A stretch of DNA of 64,000 bases from Malacoraja senta. Its lineage: Eukaryota. The notes under the pieces were generated by a model, which searched no databases, was not told the DNA's origin, and saw only the letters and a program-made list of their open reading frames with translations. Numbering within the stretch: position 1 is the first letter of the stretch; every line of letters starts with the position of its first letter. A program made the position numbers and the translations under genes. Positions 50,741 through 62,836 of the stretch are shown piece by piece. The DNA is taken from positions 20,710,001 to 20,774,000 of the forward strand of contig CM075988.1 in the NCBI GenBank assembly GCA_038087875.1. The letters are read 5' to 3'.

Positions 50741-52533
50741 TGTTACCAATTATAACAGGTACCATATGTAGATGAGATATGCATGTGCCTTTAACATAGT
50801 GACCTCATACCTACTAACCACTCCCCATATCACAAGTATATCTACAACCTCCCCACCCACAGATCGCCCTCTAGTTCCTGTGACAGACCACGTACAGCTA
50901 GTGCAATGTGTAATGCTCCAGTATGAATAAAGATAGTAAAGTAACGATGCCTCGTTATAGAGTTTTTACATGGTGTCGAATAACTTACCTTGCGCCTCCT
51001 GTTTATCGGTTTATCATTTAATTTTGTCCCAGTTTTTTGTTTCCCCCGCCCTCCTATTTCTTTGTCATGGCCTCTTCTGCCCGTAAGCCCGATGTGCTCG
51101 TTTTCGATTTAGACATCGCCCTTCGATGGGACGTATTCAAACGTGACTTTGAACACTATTTCACGATCGCTCATCCTGCCGCCACCGCCGATCTCAAAGC
51201 CTCTCTGCTTCTCAACTTGGCTGGTCCCGAGGCCCTGACTCGCTCTGACTTCTTCGTCTACGCTGATGGCGAATCAGCTCGGGACCCGGTATGTCTGGTG
51301 GCTAAGTTTGATGCTATTTGTGATATTCCGACAAATTGCATCTTAGAACGTTTTAAACTGTTCGCGCGGCGTCAGCTCCCTGGGGAATCTGCTGAGAACT
51401 ATGTCATTGCGCTGCGGCACCTCGGCAGGCGCTGCCGTCTCCACGCGTGGAACCCCGATGAGATTCTCAGGGACCTTCTGGTTTACGGTCTCCATGATGA
51501 GAAGCTCAGGGCCGAACTTCTGCGCAAGCCGGATCTGACTTTAACCGATGCCATGCACGCTACTCGCTTAGCTGAAGCTGTTTCCTCGGCGGCGTCGCCG
51601 GCTGAACAGGCGATCAACTTTGCCAGCACTCCCAGTCATCTCATAAACACACCCCAGTCGCGACCCCCGGGGTCGCTCGCTGCTCGAGGGGGACGCGCCC
51701 CGGGGTTCGGTGCTGCTACAGGGGGAGGTACCCGGCAAAGGTGCCCTAATTGCAACTTCACGACTCATCAATACAATGTGTGCCCTGCCTTGGGTAAAAC
51801 GTGTAATGTCTGCAAAAAATTGAACCATTTTGCTGCGGCTTGTCGTTCCCGTGGGAAGCTTGTCGCTGCTCGAAGGGGAAATTTAAACAACCTTCTACAA
51901 GCTGACAGTGCGCTCAGCTCCCAGTGTTATTTCGATGAACAGTCTGTTTCTGCATCTGACTCCTCTCAGGGGGAGACCAACTTGTTTACCGTGTTGGACG
52001 CACCTGCTATGATAACGGACCCTTCTGTGCTAGTCACTGTGAACAACTCGACCTTCACTGCTAAGATTGACACGGGGGCTGTGGCCAACGTAATGTCAAC
52101 ATCTCTTTTCAACCAGATAAGAACTAATGAGCAGATATTTTCCCAGAGCTCAACCTTGCATGCCTACGGTGGGGAGATTCTTACTCCTGTGGGCAAGGCC
52201 ACGCTACGCTGTAAGATACTAGAGACCTCTCGGCCCCTCACCTTCTATCTCCTCAATCAAAAATGCATTCCCCTGCTGGGGATCCGGGCATGCCAGGAAA
52301 TGGGACTGGTGTACTTCCACCGTGACATCCACCAGGTGCAGACTCTTATGGACCCGCTGGCCGATTATCCCGACCGCTTTGATGATAAGCTAGGCAAACT
52401 ACCCTGCAGCTACAAGATTGTAGTGGACCGTAAGATCGTTCCTGTGGTCCATGCTCCTCACCGTGTCTCCTTCGCCATGAGGGACAGAGTGGAGGCGACA
52501 CTACACAGTATGGTACAAATGGGCATCCTAAAG
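50741..52533 (+). mobile_element. Ty3/Gypsy LTR retrotransposon, 5' part (putative ~230-bp LTR 50741-50970, PBS-like TGGTGTCGAA 50971-50980)
   Basis: TGT...ACA-bounded segment with AATAAA (50926), followed directly by a TGG-starting PBS-like sequence and a long gag-pro-RT ORF. The LTR 5' boundary is a guess because the second LTR is not visible. Confidence 0.85.
51067..52533 (+). CDS. Gypsy (Mag-like) Gag-protease-start of RT polyprotein, open until the gap
   Basis: ATG at 51067; gag motif RRQLPGESAENYVIALR; tandem Cys/His knuckles CPNC..H..C and CNVCKKLNHFAAAC; aspartic protease KIDTGA; pre-RT segment PVVHAPHRV...MVQMGI. Confidence 0.9.
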
Positions 52534-52733
52534 NNNNNNNNNNNNNNNNNNNNNNNNNNNNNNNNNNNNNNNNNNNNNNNNNNNNNNNNNNNNNNNNNNN
52601 NNNNNNNNNNNNNNNNNNNNNNNNNNNNNNNNNNNNNNNNNNNNNNNNNNNNNNNNNNNNNNNNNNNNNNNNNNNNNNNNNNNNNNNNNNNNNNNNNNNN
52701 NNNNNNNNNNNNNNNNNNNNNNNNNNNNNNNNN
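52534..52733. other. Assembly gap (200 N) truncating the Gypsy element
   Basis: Run of exactly 200 N; sequence after the gap is not Gypsy pol-like. Confidence 1.
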
Positions 52734-53179
52734 CTGTTGTATGTTGTACTGTTACTTTTATTTATTGCACATGCACATTAAACAGAATTATTATTAAATC
52801 AGTTATAAAAATATGATAGATATTTACTAGGAACACAAGAAGCCACAGATACTGGAAGAAGGTTGTGGGGGCTACGTCAATGGATATTTTTAAGGCAGAG
52901 ATAGATAGAATCTTGTAGATCGAAAGTACAGGTGTCAGGGGTTATGGGGAGAAGGCAGGAGAATGGGGTTAGGAGGGAGAGATCGATCAGCCATGATTGA
53001 ATGGGGGTGTTGGGCTGAATGGCCCAATTCTGCTCCTATCACTTATGAACTTAAGCAATAACATACTGTGCTGGAGGAACTCAGCAGGTTAGGTAGCATC
53101 TGTAGGGGGAATGGACAGACAACACTTTTGGTTTGGGAGAAGGGAAAGAGGGAAGGTGATAGAGAAATCTTATCCCCTC

Positions 53180-53410
53180 CTTTTGCTTGGGTAACTTAGA
53201 GCCCAACAGTATGAACAATGAATTCAACAATTTCAAGTAATATCCCCCTTCCCACCATCTCTCTCCACGCCATCCACCCGTCTCCTTTCCCCTGCTCAGT
53301 ACCCTCTACTCCCATTCCAGAATCTCATACTTCCCCTTTATCCCCCCCCCTGTCCCCTGCCACCCATATCCCTCCCTCTGGCTTAACATTTCACTCCTCC
53401 TCTTCTCTAA
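53180..53410 (+). mobile_element. Decayed Penelope-like EN C-terminus plus pyrimidine-rich spacer
   Basis: FCLGNLEPNSMNNEFNNFK* followed by a C/T-rich tract related (inverted) to ~5760-5900. Confidence 0.55.
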
Positions 53411-53411
53411 T

Positions 53412-54966
53412 TTTAGACTTTAGACATTAGTGATACGGCATGGAAATAGGCCCATCGGCCCATCGAGTCTGCGCCGACCAGCGATCACCCCAGGCACTAA
53501 CACTATCCTACACGCTAGGGACAATTTACAATTTGCTGAAGCCAATTAATCTACAAACCTGTGCGTCTTTGGAGTGTTAGAGGAAACCGGAGCACCCGGA
53601 GAAAACCCACGCCCTTACATAGAAACATAGAAAACATAGAAATTAGGTGCAGGAGTAGGCTATTCGGCCCTTCGAGCCTGCACCGCCATTCAATATGATC
53701 ATGGCTGATCATCCAACTCAGTATCCCGTACCTGCCTTCTCTCCATACCCTCTGATCCCTTTAGCCACAAGGGCCACATCTAGCTCCCTCTTAAATATAG
53801 CCAATGAACTGGCCTCGACTACCCTCTGTGGCAGAGAGTTCCAGAGATTCACCACTCTCTGTGTGAAAAAAGTTCTTCTCATCTCGGTTTTAAAGGATTT
53901 CCCCCTTATCCTTAAGCTGTGACCCCTTGTCCTGGACTTCCCCAACATCGGGAGCAATCTTCCTGCATCTAGCCTGTCCAACCCCTTAAGAATTTTGTAA
54001 GTTTCTATAAGATCCCCTCTCAATCTCCTAAATTCTAGAGAGTATAAACCAAGTCTATCCAGTCTTTCTTCATAAGACAGTCCTGACATCCCAGGAATCA
54101 GTCTGGTGAACCTTCTCTGCACTCCCTCTATGGCAATAATGTCCTTCCTCAGATTTGGAGACCAAAACTGTACGCAATACTCCAGGTGTGGTCTCACCAA
54201 GACCCTGTACAACTGCAGTAGAACCTCCCTGCTCCTATACTCAAATCCTTTTGCTATGAAAGCTAACATACCATTCGCTTTCTTCACTGCCTGCTGCACC
54301 TGCATGCCTACTTTCAATGACTGGTGTACCATGACACCCAGGTCTCGCTGCATCTCCCCTTTTCCTAGTCGGCCACCATTTAGAAAATAGTCTGCTTTCC
54401 TGTTTTTGCCACCAAAATGGATAACCTCACATTTATCCACATTATACTGCATCTGCCAAACATTTGCCCACTCACCCAGCCTATCCAAGTCACCTTGCAG
54501 TCTCCTAGCATCCTCCTCACAGCTAACACTGCCCCCCAGCTTAGTGTCATCCGCAAACTTGGAGATATTGCCTTCAATTCCCTCATCCAGGTCATTAATA
54601 TATATTGTAAATAGCTGGGGTCCCAGCACTGAGCCTTGCGGTACCCCACTAGTCACTGCCTGCCATTGTGAAAGGACCCGTTTACTCCTACTCTTTGCTT
54701 CCTGTTTGCCAGCCAGTTCTCTATCCACATCAATACTGAACCCCCAATGCCATGTGCTTTAAGTTTGTATACTAATCTCTTATGTGGGACCTTGTCGAAA
54801 GCCTTCTGGAAGTCCAGATACACCACATCCACTGGTTCTCCCCTATCCACGCTACTTACAGGGAGAAAGTACAAACACCGTACAGACAGCACCCGTAGTC
54901 AGGATCGAACCCGGGTCTCTGGCGCTGTAAGGCAGCAACTCTACCACTGCACCACCGTGCCGCCCT
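53412..54966 (-). mobile_element. V-SINE split by the CR1 insertion (parts ~53412-53617 and ~54855-54966)
   Basis: ...gagaaaacccacgc | CR1 | ttacagggagaaagtacaaac... rejoin into one consensus. Confidence 0.85.
53618..54852 (-). mobile_element. CR1-clade LINE, 5'-truncated, inserted into a SINE
   Basis: Near-identical to 44499-45866; SGVPQGSVLGP and FADD motifs; one frameshift near 54675; (CTATGTTT)n tail; the two halves of a SINE flank it. Confidence 0.95.
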
Positions 54967-55089
54967 ACCAGTTTTTCCCTCCAGCACTTTGTTCCTTTTG
55001 AATGTTTATTACGCAAGGATATTATAATTTTGCTCACTTGTGTTAGGGAGGGAGTGTGTTTGAATAAGCCTCTGGTTCCTTCCCTGCAG

Positions 55090-55222
55090 GACATCTGTGG
55101 CCACAAGAGCTGTGACACGCTGGGAGTGGCGGACACGGGCACCATGTGTGACCCTGTCAGAAGCTGTGCCGTGATTGAAGATAATGGACTACAGGCAGCG
55201 TACACCGCCGCACATGAACTGG
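55090..55222 (+). CDS. ADAMTS8: ADAMTS8-like metalloprotease, internal coding exon (catalytic domain, ends in HELG of the Zn motif)
   Basis: Acceptor ttccctgcag| and donor |gtacag; 133 nt, phase 0 to phase 1. Translates [45 protein letters not shown], matching the ADAMTS1/4/5/8/15 pattern; LGVAD and GLQAA resemble ADAMTS8 as recalled. Confidence 0.92.
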
Positions 55223-55285
55223 GTACAGTCGCACTTGCAACCAGCACCAAACTCGCTCCTCTGCCTGCCGCTTACAAGAGGGCAT

Positions 55286-56145
55286 CAGAGCTGCTCCCTC
55301 ACAGCGCCAGAGAACCTGGTTCAATCCTGGCCTCACCTGCTGTCCGTGTGGAGCTTGCATGTTCTCCCCTGTGACCGCATGGGTTTTCACCGGGTGCACC
55401 AGTTTTCTCCCACATTCCAAAGTCGTGCGGGTTTGCAGGTTAATTGGTCTCTGTAAATTGCCCCTAGTGTGTAGGGAGTGGATGAGAAAGTGGGATATCG
55501 TGGCACAAGTGTGTATGGGTGATTGATGGTGGACGTGGACTCGGTGGGCTGAAGCCCTGTTTTCATGCTGTATATCTAAATTAAAGACTTGTTAAATGTC
55601 TGATGACTTAGTTTAGTTTAGTTTAGATATATAGAGCAGAAACAGCCCTTCAGTCCACCGCGTCCGCGCCGACCAGCGATCCCCACACACTAACAGTGTC
55701 CTACACACTAGGGACAATTTACAATGATACCAAGCCAATTAGCCTACAAACCTGTATATCTTTGGAGTGTGGGAGGAAAGCGGAGATCCCGGAGAAAACC
55801 CACGCAGGTGATGGGCATAACGTACAAACTCCGTACAGGCAGCACCCAGTCAGGATCGAACCTGGGTCTCTGGTGTTGTAAGGCAGCAACTCTACCGCTG
55901 CGCCACCGTGCTGCTCTCTCATTCCCACTTCCACATTGTCCCCCTGCACACTATGGGGAATTTACAGAGGCCAATTAACTTAGAAACCCACAGGTCTTGT
56001 TTGAGACGTGCAGTGGGAAACCGAAGCACCCGGAGGAAACCCACACGGTCACGGGGAGAAAGTGCAAACTCCACACAGATGGCACCCGAGGTCAGGATCG
56101 AACCTGGGTCTCTCGCACTGTGAGACAGTAGCAGTGCCACTGTGC
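55286..56145. mobile_element. Three V-SINEs directly downstream of the ADAMTS8 exon
   Basis: ~55286-55585 (+), ~55608-55912 (-), ~55920-56145 (-). Confidence 0.85.
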
Positions 56146-56905
56146 TGGCGATTTTAGAATCACATACAGCACCATATGGATATTTTCTTCCCTTAAGCAA
56201 CATTGGTGAAACAGATGAATTCTTAAACAATCCAGTGATTTCATGGTTACTCATCCCAGCTTATTAATTCCAGATTCATTTAATGGTTTGAACTTAAATT
56301 TCCTATCTGCAGTGATAGGCATTGCAGTTTTATTTAGATCGATTATTCTGGCTTCTGGCTTCTGGATAAACCGACTACCAGATCCCAGAAACGGACTTTA
56401 CAGTTGAAGAAACATTCTTGTTTTCTTGCATGCTGCCTTTTATTACCCTTTATAAGGATGAAGCACATTACTGATACATAGGTTTCGCATTAAAATGTTA
56501 CACCATTCAGCTGTTGAGCGTTAGACTGCAGATTAGGTAACAGCAGAATAATTCCGACAAAGCGCCAAGTATTTCTGTATAAATACTTCTATGCTTTTAA
56601 AAGTAGACCGTAGAACGTTTTCTTTCAGACAGATTCAAGTATTCGAGACAGTTGCAGCAATAAAGGGCTGAATTCTGGCTTTGGAGAACTGCACGTACAA
56701 AATGTTAAGTTTTAGCTCTCGTTAAAAACAGGAGATGAAAATCAGACCTCTCAAAAGTTGAGTCATTGTCGCAGAGATAGTAAACCGTGAGCTTATTTCG
56801 AGCTGAAATATAAGGGTAGACTAAAGACAGACTTTGCAAGAAGACACTTCAACGCTTCATGTTGGTGGAGTGATGCCCTTTGTAGTGTGATCAAAGCTTG
56901 GCCTG

Positions 56906-57669
56906 GTTATTATCTGAATGGTGGCCGATTAGGAAAAGGGAGATGCAACGAGACCTGGGTGTCATGGTACACCAGTCATTAAAAGTAGGCATGCAGGTGC
57001 AGCAGGCAGTGAAGAAGGCGAATGGTATGTTAGCATTCATAACAAAAGGATTTGAGTATAGGAGCAGGGAGGTTCTACTGCAGTTGTACAGGGTCTTGGT
57101 GAGACCACACCTGGAATATTGCGTACAGTTTAGGTCTCCTAATCTGAGGAAAGACATTCTTGCCATAGAGGGAGTACAGAGAAGGTTCACCAGACTGATT
57201 CCTGGGATGTCAGGACTTTCATATGAAGAAAGACTGGATAGACTTGGTTTGAACTCCCTAGAATTTAGAAGATTGAGGGGATCTTTATAGAAACGTACAA
57301 AATTCTTAAGGGGTTGGACAGGCTAGATGCAGGGAGATTGTTCCCGATGTTGGGGAAGTCCAGAACAAGGGGTCACAGTTTAAGGATAAGGGGGAAATCT
57401 TTTAGGACCGAGATGAGGAAAACATTTTTCACACAGAGAGTGGTGAATCTCTGGAATTCTCTGCCACAGAAGGTAGTTGAGGCCAGTTCATTGGCTATAT
57501 TTAAGAGGGAGTTAGATGTGGCCCTTGTGGCTAAAGGGATCAGGGGGTATGGAGAGAAAGCAGGTACAGGATACTGAGTTGGATGATCAGCCATGATCAT
57601 ATTGAATGCGGTGCAGGCTCGAAGGGCTGAATGGCCTACTCCTGCACCTATTTTCTATGTTTCTATGTT
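56906..57669 (+). mobile_element. CR1-clade LINE 3' fragment, same young subfamily, opposite orientation
   Basis: RDLGVMVHQSLKVGMQVQQAVKKANGML...GYGEKAGTGY*, tail ttctatgtttctatgtt; reverse complement of ~53620-54390. Confidence 0.95.
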
Positions 57670-58902
57670 ACCAACAGAATGGGCTTTCAGATAGTTAGTT
57701 GTCTGCTTCTCCTGCCATCATCTTTTCATTGTGAGGGATCCCAGCAGTAGTTCCATTAGTGGAAAGAATGGAGATGAGGAGGAATCTCTTTAGCCAGAGG
57801 GTGGTGAATCTGTGGAATTCATTGCCACAGACAGCTGTGGAGGCCAAGACATTGTTTTTTTTAAAAGCATAGGTCGATAGGTTGTTGATTAGGAAGGGCG
57901 TCAAAGGTTATGAGGAGAAGGGGGTTGTAAGGGAAAGATAGATCAGCCATGGTTCAGTGGACTTGATGGGCTGAATGGGCTAATTCTGCTCCTATGTCTT
58001 AAGATCTTATGGAAGTTGGTAAGCAGAGGGCTCTGAATTAAGGTGATTGTTCAAAAGAGTCAAACTGTTTCATATCACAAGTGGCTTTGATCTGGAACTC
58101 TCTGCTGGAAGGGTCATGGAAACTGAAAGAAATCTCGATAATGAATGCAGAATTGAAGGGAAATGATGAGTGGGCAATAGGGATCCAGCTGGCAAATGGA
58201 CTGACTGGTACCGTTTTGTCAGTACCGGCTCGATGGGCTCCGACATTGTCACCACCTAGAATCAAGAGTGTTTTATTGTTATATTGTGTTCTATTTTACT
58301 GGGGCTGCAAACATTTGAACCATTCATCTTGACATGTTACCAACTGGGAGTAGATAGGGAATAACAGATATTTTTCTTCCAGAAAAAAAAAAAGTAGTTT
58401 GTGCATTCATAGTATGACAGACTTCTCATCTTAGTATCTTGGATGTAAAGGAAACCGGAGGTGGTAATAACTGCACGGGAGGGGAATGGGTTTTTTTCTG
58501 TGCATTAATTGTATTCACACCACAGTAGGCAGGGTGTATAGGGAGGGAAATGGTGAATAGGTAACAGGAATAGATATGAAAGCATGTGCTGCAGTATCTT
58601 CTGGTCACTTTGGGATCAGCAAATGTTCTTCTCTATGTGGTTTAAGCAGTAATTATTGGTGCTGTTACCTGCCATTTGCATGCCCCAATCACCTGGCATC
58701 TTCTTCACAAAACAGATTAATCGTGTGGAATTGGTCAAATTCTGACCAGAGATTGGTGAGTACAGAAGGGAACACAGCATAATCAATGCAAAATAACTAA
58801 ACAAGTCATTCATTCACTGTGAGCGGAGACTTGTCTTTGACTTGTAGATAGATACTTGAATACTTGATACTTGCAAGGACTGGTACACGTGAAAGAGCTG
58901 GG

Positions 58903-59103
58903 GACACAAGAAACGACAGATGCTAGAATCCTGAGCAGAACACCAAGTGCTAGAGTAACTCTGTGGGTCAGGCAGCATCTGTACAAAGAATGGATGGGCA
59001 ACCTTTCATGTTGGGACCCTTCTTCAGACTGACCCGAAACGTCGAATGTCCATTTCCTTCATAGATGTTGCCAGACCCGCCGAGTTCCTCCAGCACTTTG
59101 TGT
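58903..59103. mobile_element. Older palindromic PLE-tail-derived element
   Basis: Diverged inverted arms around gggacccttcttcagactgacccgaaacgtc. Confidence 0.7.
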
Positions 59104-59937
59104 TAGAGATGAAATTGCCCATATTTTTTTACCTGACTGTTCTGCTTAGTTACACAGAGCGCACAGTAGCACTAACCTGACTGTTACCAAAGAGACACAA
59201 TACTCCCACCGTCCATAAGCGGCACAGCTGGTCATCTGTTAGCTATTAGATGGGTCAGAGACTTCAGAACACAATTATCCACATCCCTTCAGAATACTCC
59301 AGCTTTCCTTGGCTTGTTTTGTCTTCTGTGGTGGAAAGGCAATATTTCAAACCTAGTTTTAAAAAGGGATGTATCTTTTTTTCTCAAAAAGGATTAGTTA
59401 CACTTCATCACTGAAAGTTATACTTTAAATTTTTTACTTTAAAATCTGAAGCTTTGCTAAGAGGAGAGTTGGCAAAATGCCAGTCCTCTACTCCAGGGAG
59501 AATTTGGCTTCCTTCCACTCTCGCTGGTCATAGGTACTGGAGACATCTGGAATGCCATCAACATTTTGCTAGATGTCTTGTTTTACCACTAAATGATTCT
59601 CCACATTAATGCTCTCCAATTAGCCCATTGTCATACCCATATTTGTCACCAATGTGATGCAATTTTTGGCTCTGCAGGAAATGAACATGTATAATTTGTG
59701 TCTGAAGTGGTGAAAATTGACTGTGGGTTGGTAATTTGAGAGCAATCCATGGAAAGTGGCCATATAATTCCACATTCCCAGCTACCAGCAATGCATCCCT
59801 AATCCATGCAAAATGGGATTTGTAGATGATTCATTAGAGCAGGTCTTTACGATGGGTTCTTAATCTTAACGTGGAGCTATTACCTATGTAACATGAACGA
59901 TGTGTGCATGGTCACTATCTGATCAGGGAGATACAGT

Positions 59938-60235
59938 CTATAGACTTTAGAGATACTGCACGGAAACTGGCCCTTCGTCCCACCTAGTCCTTGCCCACTA
60001 GCGATTATCCCATATCCTACACACTAGGGACGATATACAACTTTTACCAAAGCCATTCACCCTACAAACCTGACATCTTTAGATTGTGGGAGGAAACCAG
60101 AGCTCCCGGAGAAAACCCACGCAGTCACAGGAAGAACGTCCAAACTCCGTAAAGACAGCCCCCGAAGTCAGGATCAAACCCAGGTCTCTGGCACTGTAAG
60201 GCCACAACTCTACTGCTATGCCACTCTGCTGCCCC
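59938..60235 (-). mobile_element. HE1-like V-SINE
   Basis: Antisense consensus. Confidence 0.82.
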
Positions 60236-61322
60236 AGTCAGCTACATGTTATCTGCCGCAGTGAAAATTTGAACTCGTCTCAAAGTATTTGCATTGATAT
60301 GTTTCACGCTTGCTTTGGGCATTCTTCCTGGTGTTTCACAAAAACATCTGATTCTGAATTTAGACCACAAGACATAGGTGCAAAATTGGGCTATTCAGCC
60401 CATCGAGTCAACTCCACCGTTCAATCATGGCTGATCTATTTTTACCTCTCAACCCCATTCTCCCGGTAATCTTTGATACCCTTCCTAATCAAGAGCATAT
60501 CAATCTCCGCTTTAAAAAAACCTACGCCTTAGCCTCCACAGCAGTCTGTGACAAGTACCAACAGAATATGGCAACTTCTTTATCTTGTTTCCACACCTTT
60601 TTTTTTTGCTGAAGTCATTATGGTAGATGTTTTTCCGAAGTACTAAATTGTGAAGGTGCCAAGGATTCTGCTATATTTGGACCTATTCCAGTTCAGTTGT
60701 GCGTACGTTTGCATTAATATTTCCATGAACTTCCAATTGAAATTAAAGTCATTCGTGATATCTGTCCCCTTGGTTCACCAGATTATTCTGTCTTCAATTC
60801 AGTCCAAGTTCAAATACTATTATACTTGATGCTAGCGTTTGTAAGTGTGGATAGATTGCAGGTGTTCCTGATTGCTGATGTACAATGCCTGAGTTATTAA
60901 TCACAAATAGCTGGGCAGCATGTTTACATATAGATTTGGATGATACATTTCAGTATTATTTCTGGATCTGAAATCCTATACAATAAGTATGAATGGGAAA
61001 TGACTCAACGCAGTGGAATTCCATCCTTGGATTGATGACAAAATATTTTTTATCTGAAGTCATCAATTAACAATTCTGTTTACCCTTCAGGCAGGCAGCT
61101 AAGTTCACGATGTTGCGTTAATGGTTGAAAATGTCCTCTGCTCCAAAAACTGCTTGTTAATTGTACAGTTTAATTATTAGCCGACACAAATAGTCAACGT
61201 TTCCCAAGTTGAACAAAGCTCGCTTCACAGAATGTCTGATTGCTTTAAGTATCTTGAGCAACAGTTCTACTAGCCTGCTGCTCCTGACTGAATTTGGATG
61301 TTAATCTTTTCAACCCTGACAG

Positions 61323-61490
61323 GTCATGAATTGAGTATGCCACACGACGACTCAAAGGCCTGCGATAGGCTGTTTGGGCAGATGAACACAAACCACATGA
61401 TGGCCCCATTGTTCATTCGACTCAACAACACCCTCCCATGGTCTCCCTGTAGTGCATTTCATATCACTGAGTTCTTCGACAATGGTCACG
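61323..61490 (+). CDS. ADAMTS8: ADAMTS8-like exon: rest of the Zn-binding motif and Met-turn
   Basis: Acceptor ccctgacag|, donor |gtaagt; 168 nt, phase 1 to phase 1. (G)HELSMPHDDSKACDRLFGQMNTNHMMAPLFIRLNNTLPWSPCSAFHITEFFDNGH. LSMPHDDSK, MAPLF and TLPWSPCSA are ADAMTS8-type (ADAMTS1/15 have FNMPHD). Confidence 0.93.
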
Positions 61491-62011
61491 GTAAGTGAAT
61501 TAAATGCAAAATGGTGGTGTTGTCCTCTGGGCTTTGATGAAAAACGCGCAACTGGTTTCTCTATTTTATCAGCTGTATCTTTCATCATGTGGCAACATGT
61601 ACACGATGGGCCAAAGGGCCTGTTCCCGTGCAGTTTCAAAATCTATTGGGATTTCTCCATGTATTGACTAAGGACCATGTTTTGACAACCAATAGTTACC
61701 GTATTGTCGATACAAAGTGCTGGTGAAATTCAGTGGGTTAGACAACCTGACCCACTGAGTTACTCCAGCACTGTTTTTTCTTGTAAACCAGGATCTGCAG
61801 TTCCTTGTTTCTAAAGTGGTTTGTATTGTTATTGATAATTGCCTGTTGATCAGTGAGCATATAAAGAGGGAGCAGGGACAGAATGGGGGAAAAATAGCAA
61901 ACAGAAATTTACCTGTTAAAATCAATTAAAATGCAAACTGTCCGTGTATTGTTAACATGCAGTGTGTGTTGGTAAACTCTTGTCAAGGTTTCTGAACACT
62001 ATTGAATGAAG

Positions 62012-62156
62012 AAACAAAGAACTACAGATACTGGTTAATGCCAAAGATAGACACAAAGTGCTGGAATGTAACTCAGCAGGTGTGAAGAAGCGTCGCGACC
62101 TGAAACGTCACCTAACCTATTTCTCCAGAGATGTTGCCTGACCCGCTGAGTTACCT
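62012..62156. mobile_element. Partial palindromic PLE-tail-derived element in an ADAMTS8 intron
   Basis: Arms as above; flanking duplication tattgaat(g/t)aag at 62000-62011 and 62157-62168. Confidence 0.75.
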
Positions 62157-62836
62157 TATTGAATTAAGTTTATTTTCCCGACCATCATAATTGGTTCCAG
62201 ATTCTATAGATGTTGGTGAAGGAAATTGGATGGGAAAGAAAATGGACATAAAACTAGTCAGGCAATGTGTGTCAAAACATTTCACCCAAATGGATTTGAC
62301 AAGTTAGAATGGACTCAAAGTTGAGTTTCTTGTCACCAGTACCGATGTACAGTGAAAAGCTTTTGTTGTGTGCTAACCAGTCAGCGGAAAGACAATACAT
62401 GATTACATTTGAGCCATCCACAATGTATAGATACATGATAAAGAGAATAACGTGTATAACATTTAATGCAAGATAAAGCCAGTAAAGTCTGATCAAAGAT
62501 AGTCCGTGGGTCACCAATGAGGTAGTTAGTAGTTCAGGGCTGCTCTCTAGTTGTTGGTAGGATGGTTCAGTTGCTTGATAACAGCTGGGAAGAAACAGTC
62601 TCTGAAACTGGAGGCGTGCGTTTTCACACTTCTACACCTTTTGCCTGAAGGGAGAGGGGAGAAGAGGGAGTGGCCAGGGTGCGACTGTCCTTGCTTATGC
62701 TGGTGGTCGTGCCAAGGCAGCGTGAGGTGTAAATGGAGTCAACGGAAGGGAGGTTGGTTTGTGTGATGAATTGCTTTTGAACTTAAAAGAAAACGTGCCC
62801 GATTCTGATTCTGGTTGCTGTTGATCTTGTCGACAG

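Noticed and set aside
51037..52797. 586-aa ORF as a domesticated gag-like host gene
   Set aside because: It has a PBS/LTR-like leader, runs into RT and passes through N's; its C-terminus is an artefact of the gap.
44499..54852. Two near-identical CR1 copies as LTRs or a segmental duplication
   Set aside because: They encode LINE RT, have different 5' truncation points and unrelated flanks, so they are independent insertions.
55030..55374. 114-aa ORF as a standalone gene (likewise 61298-61498 and 62815-63240)
   Set aside because: Only the AG/GT-bounded cores are ADAMTS-like; flanking residues are intron or SINE read-through.
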